Virus record (IMG/VR): IMGVR_UViG_2061766007_000510
Length of the DNA stretch: 51,450 nt
Source: an uncultured virus (IMG/VR IMGVR_UViG_2061766007_000510)
Taxonomy: Duplodnaviria > Heunggongvirae > Uroviricota > Caudoviricetes
Reading direction: 5' to 3' (one strand)
Position 1 is the stretch's first letter. Each line of letters starts with the position of its first letter. Shown here in pieces: positions 48,120 to 51,450 of the stretch. The notes beneath the pieces were generated by a model, which worked only from the letters and a program-made list of their open reading frames with translations, was not told the DNA's origin and made no database searches. The position numbers were made by a program, and so were the translations under genes.

Positions 48120-48473
48120 CTAGAAGTCCTTACCCCGGCGCGGCTGGTAGACGTTCAGCTTCTTGACCTCGACCGGGTAGCCCTTGCCGTCCATGTCGTT
48201 GTGCCAGTCGGTGCGGTACTGGTCGAGCAGGTACTTGACGTGTTCCGGGTCGCACCGGTCAGTCCCCGGGCGGGAGTGGGCATAGTAGTCGTAGCCGGAC
48301 TCGTTGTAGTAGTGGCTGTCGCCCGTATCGGTGCAGATGCACTCAATCCAGCTCTTCCGGCATACCTTGGAGCAGCTCCAGAAAAAAATAATCGGGAACC
48401 AGCAGCGTTGGTACGGGTTGTATTCCTGCCGGAGAACAAAGGCGTTCTCCCAGTTCTTTACTTGTCTAGCCAT
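48120..48473 (-). CDS. hypothetical protein
   Basis: MARQVKNW...; single-ORF unit. Confidence 0.7.
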   Translation of the reverse strand: MARQVKNWENAFVLRQEYNPYQRCWFPIIFFWSCSKVCRKSWIECICTDTGDSHYYNESGYDYYAHSRPGTDRCDPEHVKYLLDQYRTDWHNDMDGKGYPVEVKKLNVYQPRRGKDF

Positions 48474-48545
48474 ATCAGCCTCCTTGTTGTTCACTATATA
48501 CGCCACCGGGGAGCACCGGCGTGCCCCCCGTCCGTACCCGGTGGA

Positions 48546-49028
48546 CTACTTGGCAATCTCCGGGAGGTCCTTGGTGATTTTGACTCCGAACATTTCGGCC
48601 TTCTTCTTGAACTCCTCCCAGAACGGCTTGAGGCGTTCGACGGGCGTGGACTTGATGGTAGTCCCGTCATCGTTCACGTCGAACCATGCGTCTATGCACT
48701 CGTCCTTGTCGTCGCTGAAGATTTCCGCCTCGGTAATGGTGCCGTACCCTTCTCCGTAGCGGTCGATGTCGCCGTCGTCCTGGCCTACTCGGATAAGGTA
48801 GTAGTCTTCTTCGTCGGCATTGTCGAGCACGTCCATGACGGCATCAACATCCGGGTAGTGTCCCCGGCAGTATTCATCCCACTTCGTATAGGCCTCGAAG
48901 TAGTAGGTCTGCCCACTGGGGGAAACCTTGAGTTCTTCGAACGGCGACCCGTTTTCCTTGATTGCCTTGAAAATTTTCTTTGCCACATTCTTCTTTGCGA
49001 GAAGCCTGACTGTGCTGTAATATCCCAT
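48546..49028 (-). CDS. acidic hypothetical protein
   Basis: MGYYSTV...KW...Y...IRVGQDDGDI; single-ORF unit. Confidence 0.75.
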   Translation of the reverse strand: MGYYSTVRLLAKKNVAKKIFKAIKENGSPFEELKVSPSGQTYYFEAYTKWDEYCRGHYPDVDAVMDVLDNADEEDYYLIRVGQDDGDIDRYGEGYGTITEAEIFSDDKDECIDAWFDVNDDGTTIKSTPVERLKPFWEEFKKKAEMFGVKITKDLPEIAK

Positions 49029-49100
49029 GTTTGCCTCCTTGGTAAAAAAATTATCCGATACCGGGGAACCCCGGCGTGCCCCCCGTCCGTACCCGGTGGA

Positions 49101-49616
49101 CTACTTGGCCGCCTGGATGGCGTCCAGGAAGACCGAGTGGTTGTGTGACTGGTGTGTGAGGTCGTCGATGAAGTCGGAGTCCACCAGGGTGTAGTATTCG
49201 TGGTCCCAGTTGTCCACGCCGAAGTGTTCGAAGTCCACGTCCGCGTATCGGTCCACGTCGATGATGCCGGAGCCGTTGCACTCGCAGCAGGTCTCCTCTA
49301 CGGTGACCGTCTCGCCATCCTCGTCCTCTTCCTCGTACTGGAGGTAGCCGGACCCGTCGCAGTCCGGGCAGGACTTCGAGAGGGAGATGCCGTCTACTCC
49401 CTTGACGATGAACTGGGCCGCCTCGGTTGCCTTCCGGCCCGCCTCGGTATCTCCCAGTTCATGCTTGAGTGCGTTCGCCCAGTCGTCCACGGAACCGTAT
49501 GCTTCGATGAGGTCGTCAATGTAGCCGTTGAAGCACGCTTGTGCCATGCCCCCGTTGCAAATCTGGTAGTGGAGCTGCCCGAGCCATTCGACTGCGGTAA
49601 ATTCTTTTGTTGCCAT
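49101..49616 (-). CDS. DMP19/DUF4375-like acidic protein with inserted CxxCxGxG zinc finger
   Basis: YQICNGGMAQACFNG resembles the DUF4375 EVxNGGFxQxFxN motif; CPDCDGSG...CCECNGSG. Confidence 0.6.
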   Translation of the reverse strand: MATKEFTAVEWLGQLHYQICNGGMAQACFNGYIDDLIEAYGSVDDWANALKHELGDTEAGRKATEAAQFIVKGVDGISLSKSCPDCDGSGYLQYEEEDEDGETVTVEETCCECNGSGIIDVDRYADVDFEHFGVDNWDHEYYTLVDSDFIDDLTHQSHNHSVFLDAIQAAK

Positions 49617-49692
49617 AGTAGCCTCCTTGTTGTATAAAAAATATCTGCCACCGGGGCGCACCGGCGTGCCCCCCGTCCTTGCCCGGTGGATG

Positions 49693-49866
49693 CTACCGGG
49701 ACTTCTCCTTCAGTTCCAGTCCGTCCTCCAGTCTGGTGTTCATCCAGTGTCTGAGGGAACGGGCGCAGTCCCGGCAGATTACGCGGGTGTCAGCGCCGAA
49801 AGAAAATTTTGGCCCCGGGTCGCCCTTCAGCGGCAGCCTGCAAACTTGACATTCAGTAATCGGCAT
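49693..49866 (-). CDS. 57-aa CxxC...CxxC protein (below ORF-track cutoff)
   Basis: MPITECQVC...VICRDCAR; AAGGAG RBS; stop 3 nt from a repeat. Confidence 0.6.
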   Translation of the reverse strand: MPITECQVCRLPLKGDPGPKFSFGADTRVICRDCARSLRHWMNTRLEDGLELKEKSR

Positions 49867-49939
49867 GGTTTTCTCCTTGTAGTAAACGGTGGCCTCCCGG
49901 GATGTACCCGGGAGGCTTTGGTTGGCTGCTATGGAAAGG

Positions 49940-50320
49940 TTAGTCCCATTCCTCGTGGTAGAGCTTGCGGAGCTCGCCGAGGGTATTCTTGAAGGGTTCG
50001 ACGGAGCTGTCGCGCTCGATGTACAGCCCGTAGGGGAGCTTGATGTCCATCAGTTCCTTGAGGCTGATGTCGCCGAGCTCGAGGCCGTAGCCCAGGGTTG
50101 CGGCTCCGAACACAATCATGTTCTCGTCGATGTGGTCGGCGTCCTTCGGTTCGCCGTCCTTGAAGAACATGGAGTCTTCGAGCACGTACCATGTGCCACT
50201 GCCCATCGGGTTGAAGAAGCGGGCGATTACGCGCTTGTCGTCCTTCGGGGTTCCGTCGGTGGAGCCGTAGGGGGTCTTGGCGAGTGCGTCGATGATTGCC
50301 TTGGTTATTCTTTTCTGCAT
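49940..50320 (-). CDS. DUF2958-like protein
   Basis: RFFNPMGSGTWYVLE...FG...LGYGLELGDISLKEL...IERD. Confidence 0.8.
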   Translation of the reverse strand: MQKRITKAIIDALAKTPYGSTDGTPKDDKRVIARFFNPMGSGTWYVLEDSMFFKDGEPKDADHIDENMIVFGAATLGYGLELGDISLKELMDIKLPYGLYIERDSSVEPFKNTLGELRKLYHEEWD

Positions 50321-50515
50321 ATTGTTGTCTCCTGTTGATTACCGTATCTGCTACCGGGGCGCACCGGCTTGCCCCCCGTCCTCACCCGGTGGATGTACCC
50401 GGTTCCGACTGGCAGGTCCCGGGGACAGCGCATCGAGGCGCAGGAAGGCATTTTATACAAAAAATCCCCCGGGATAGCCCTGGAGATTTCTGGAGGTCGT
50501 CGAAATTAGCGAAAT

Positions 50516-50956
50516 TTAGCCAAAACGCGAGTGACGCTGGTCAGTGTCGATGTTTCCATACTTCTCCTGGAAGGCCTTGGCCTTGTCAGTCATCTTCCTG
50601 GGAAGCCAGACATCGCTCTCGTCGAGTTCCCAGTACCATTCATCGGTGTCCAAATCGTCATAGCAATCGCCGTCCCCGTCGAGGTAGACATAGGAAATGG
50701 ACATCCCGGTCTTTTCCTCGAAGGCGTTGCGAAGGGCCTCATAGGCCTTGTCGAGGGCTTTATATTCTTCGTCCTCGTCATCGACATCCCAGAAGTCGCC
50801 TTCGTTGAGGGCGTCGTGGACTGCGCTTTCATTGCGGTCTTCGATGAAGGTCTTGTGTTTGTTCATAAAGTTGTCGTACAGGTTCTTGCCGACGACCTTC
50901 TTGACAATATCGTCCGCCACAATCTGGTGGAAGCTCTCGATGTTTCCCATTGACAT
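50516..50956 (-). CDS. acidic hypothetical protein
   Basis: 146 aa, D/E-rich; after repeat and AAGGAG. Confidence 0.75.
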   Translation of the reverse strand: MSMGNIESFHQIVADDIVKKVVGKNLYDNFMNKHKTFIEDRNESAVHDALNEGDFWDVDDEDEEYKALDKAYEALRNAFEEKTGMSISYVYLDGDGDCYDDLDTDEWYWELDESDVWLPRKMTDKAKAFQEKYGNIDTDQRHSRFG

Positions 50957-51096
50957 AGTTGTCTCCTTGTTGAGGTTTTCTAATTTATATATCAGCTACC
51001 GGGGCTTCCCGGCTTGCCCCCCGTCCGTACCCGGTGGACAGCGTCGCCTCCCGGCGTCCCCGGCCGGGACCTGACAGTGCAGCTTCAGAGTCCTGA

Positions 51097-51133
51097 AAAA
51101 AGAGTTAGCCCCCGGACGAACCGGGGGCTAACT
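51097..51133 (-). terminator. intrinsic terminator
   Basis: AGTTAGCCCCCGG-loop-CCGGGGGCTAACT, then a T run on the - strand. Confidence 0.7.
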
Positions 51134-51152
51134 GGTGGCTGCTATGGAAAAA

Positions 51153-51450
51153 TTAATTTTTTTCGAAGCGGTAGCCGTCTGCGGCCTTGGGGTGGAACTC
51201 GGCGATGAGGCGGTAGCCTGCACGCTCGATGATGTTGCGGTGGCAGTTGAAGCCTACCGCGCCCTCGAAGCGGAAGCCCGTATAAGAGCAGGACAAGCCG
51301 TAGGTGTGGGTGCTGTTCCCGGCCTCCGTCTCCTTCTCGTCGAGCCACGCGCAGGTTGCTGCGATGCGGGCGAAGACGGGGTTCTTCTCGAAGGCGCGGG
51401 CGGTAGCCGTGGACTCCTTGTCGTAGCCGCAGCCGCCGATGAACTCGGAA
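51153..51450 (-). CDS. 3' part of hypothetical protein (partial)
   Basis: Hand-translated GGCGYDKESTA...FEGAVGFNCH...RFEKN*. Confidence 0.65.
   Translation of the reverse strand, partial: SEFIGGCGYDKESTATARAFEKNPVFARIAATCAWLDEKETEAGNSTHTYGLSCSYTGFRFEGAVGFNCHRNIIERAGYRLIAEFHPKAADGYRFEKN

Larger units (their letters stand above)
30291..51037 (-). repeat. dispersed array of 28 co-oriented 48-bp intergenic elements
   Basis: + strand consensus TATnnGCYACCGG-N6-CCGGCnTGCCCCCCGTCC-N3-CCCGGTGG starting at 30291, 30671, 32278, 33263, 33546, 35134, 35557, 36048, 36512, 37341, 38392, 38830, 40089, 41336, 41781, 42801, 43216, 44067, 44378, 45032, 45546, 46957, 48071, 48497, 49052, 49642, 50345, 50990. 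Confidence 0.97.

Noticed and set aside
30291..51037. CRISPR array interpretation of the 48-bp repeats
   Set aside because: Intervals are about 230-1600 bp, irregular and protein-coding; repeats vary internally; no cas genes seen.
30291..51037. Classical integron (attC) or XerCD pdif modules
   Set aside because: No RYYYAAC/GTTRRRY cores, no AT-rich dif-like 11-6-11 site and no tyrosine recombinase in the window; only the architecture is analogous.
30291..51037. The 48-mer as a simple intrinsic terminator
   Set aside because: No consistent U-tract; the loop sequence is highly conserved; separate terminators exist upstream of several copies.
30291..51037. Recurring peptides such as HRVRTGGKPG or PACPPSVPGG as a protein domain
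   Set aside because: They are translations of the DNA repeat in different frames.
1..51450. tRNA or rRNA genes
   Set aside because: None recognised by eye; a tRNAscan/Infernal run would be needed to exclude them.

Overview
Gene-dense, gap-rich (many N runs) segment of what looks like a large/jumbo bacteriophage genome. The host is unidentified; a FISUMP-domain gene together with strong AGGAG Shine-Dalgarno use would fit Fibrobacter, but that is inference. The left part (1-26.7 kb, mostly + strand) carries accessory genes: SPFH lipoprotein, DUF2201/VWA protein (two copies) with a MoxR-like AAA ATPase, CCA-adding enzyme, PQ-loop protein, HAD hydrolase, DUF932 protein and SprT-like protease. 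It uses a recurring TTGCTATATTTG promoter motif. It also contains a transposase-less 1553-bp element (4377-5929) with 27-bp inverted ends and a perfect 8-bp target duplication. From 26.8 kb all genes are on the - strand: a sigma-70-like factor, a RadC/JAB protein and an FtsK-like ATPase, then a >20-kb array of small, often acidic ORFs. The main discovery is in this array: 28 co-oriented, indel-free copies of a 48-bp GC-rich element. In 27 of 28 cases it lies upstream of a start codon (23-44 nt, once 69 nt), and in 10 cases it abuts the previous gene's stop codon. This gives an integron-cassette-like or mobile-promoter-like architecture, with no integrase visible in the window. Several left-side duplications border N gaps and may be assembly or strain-variant artefacts.
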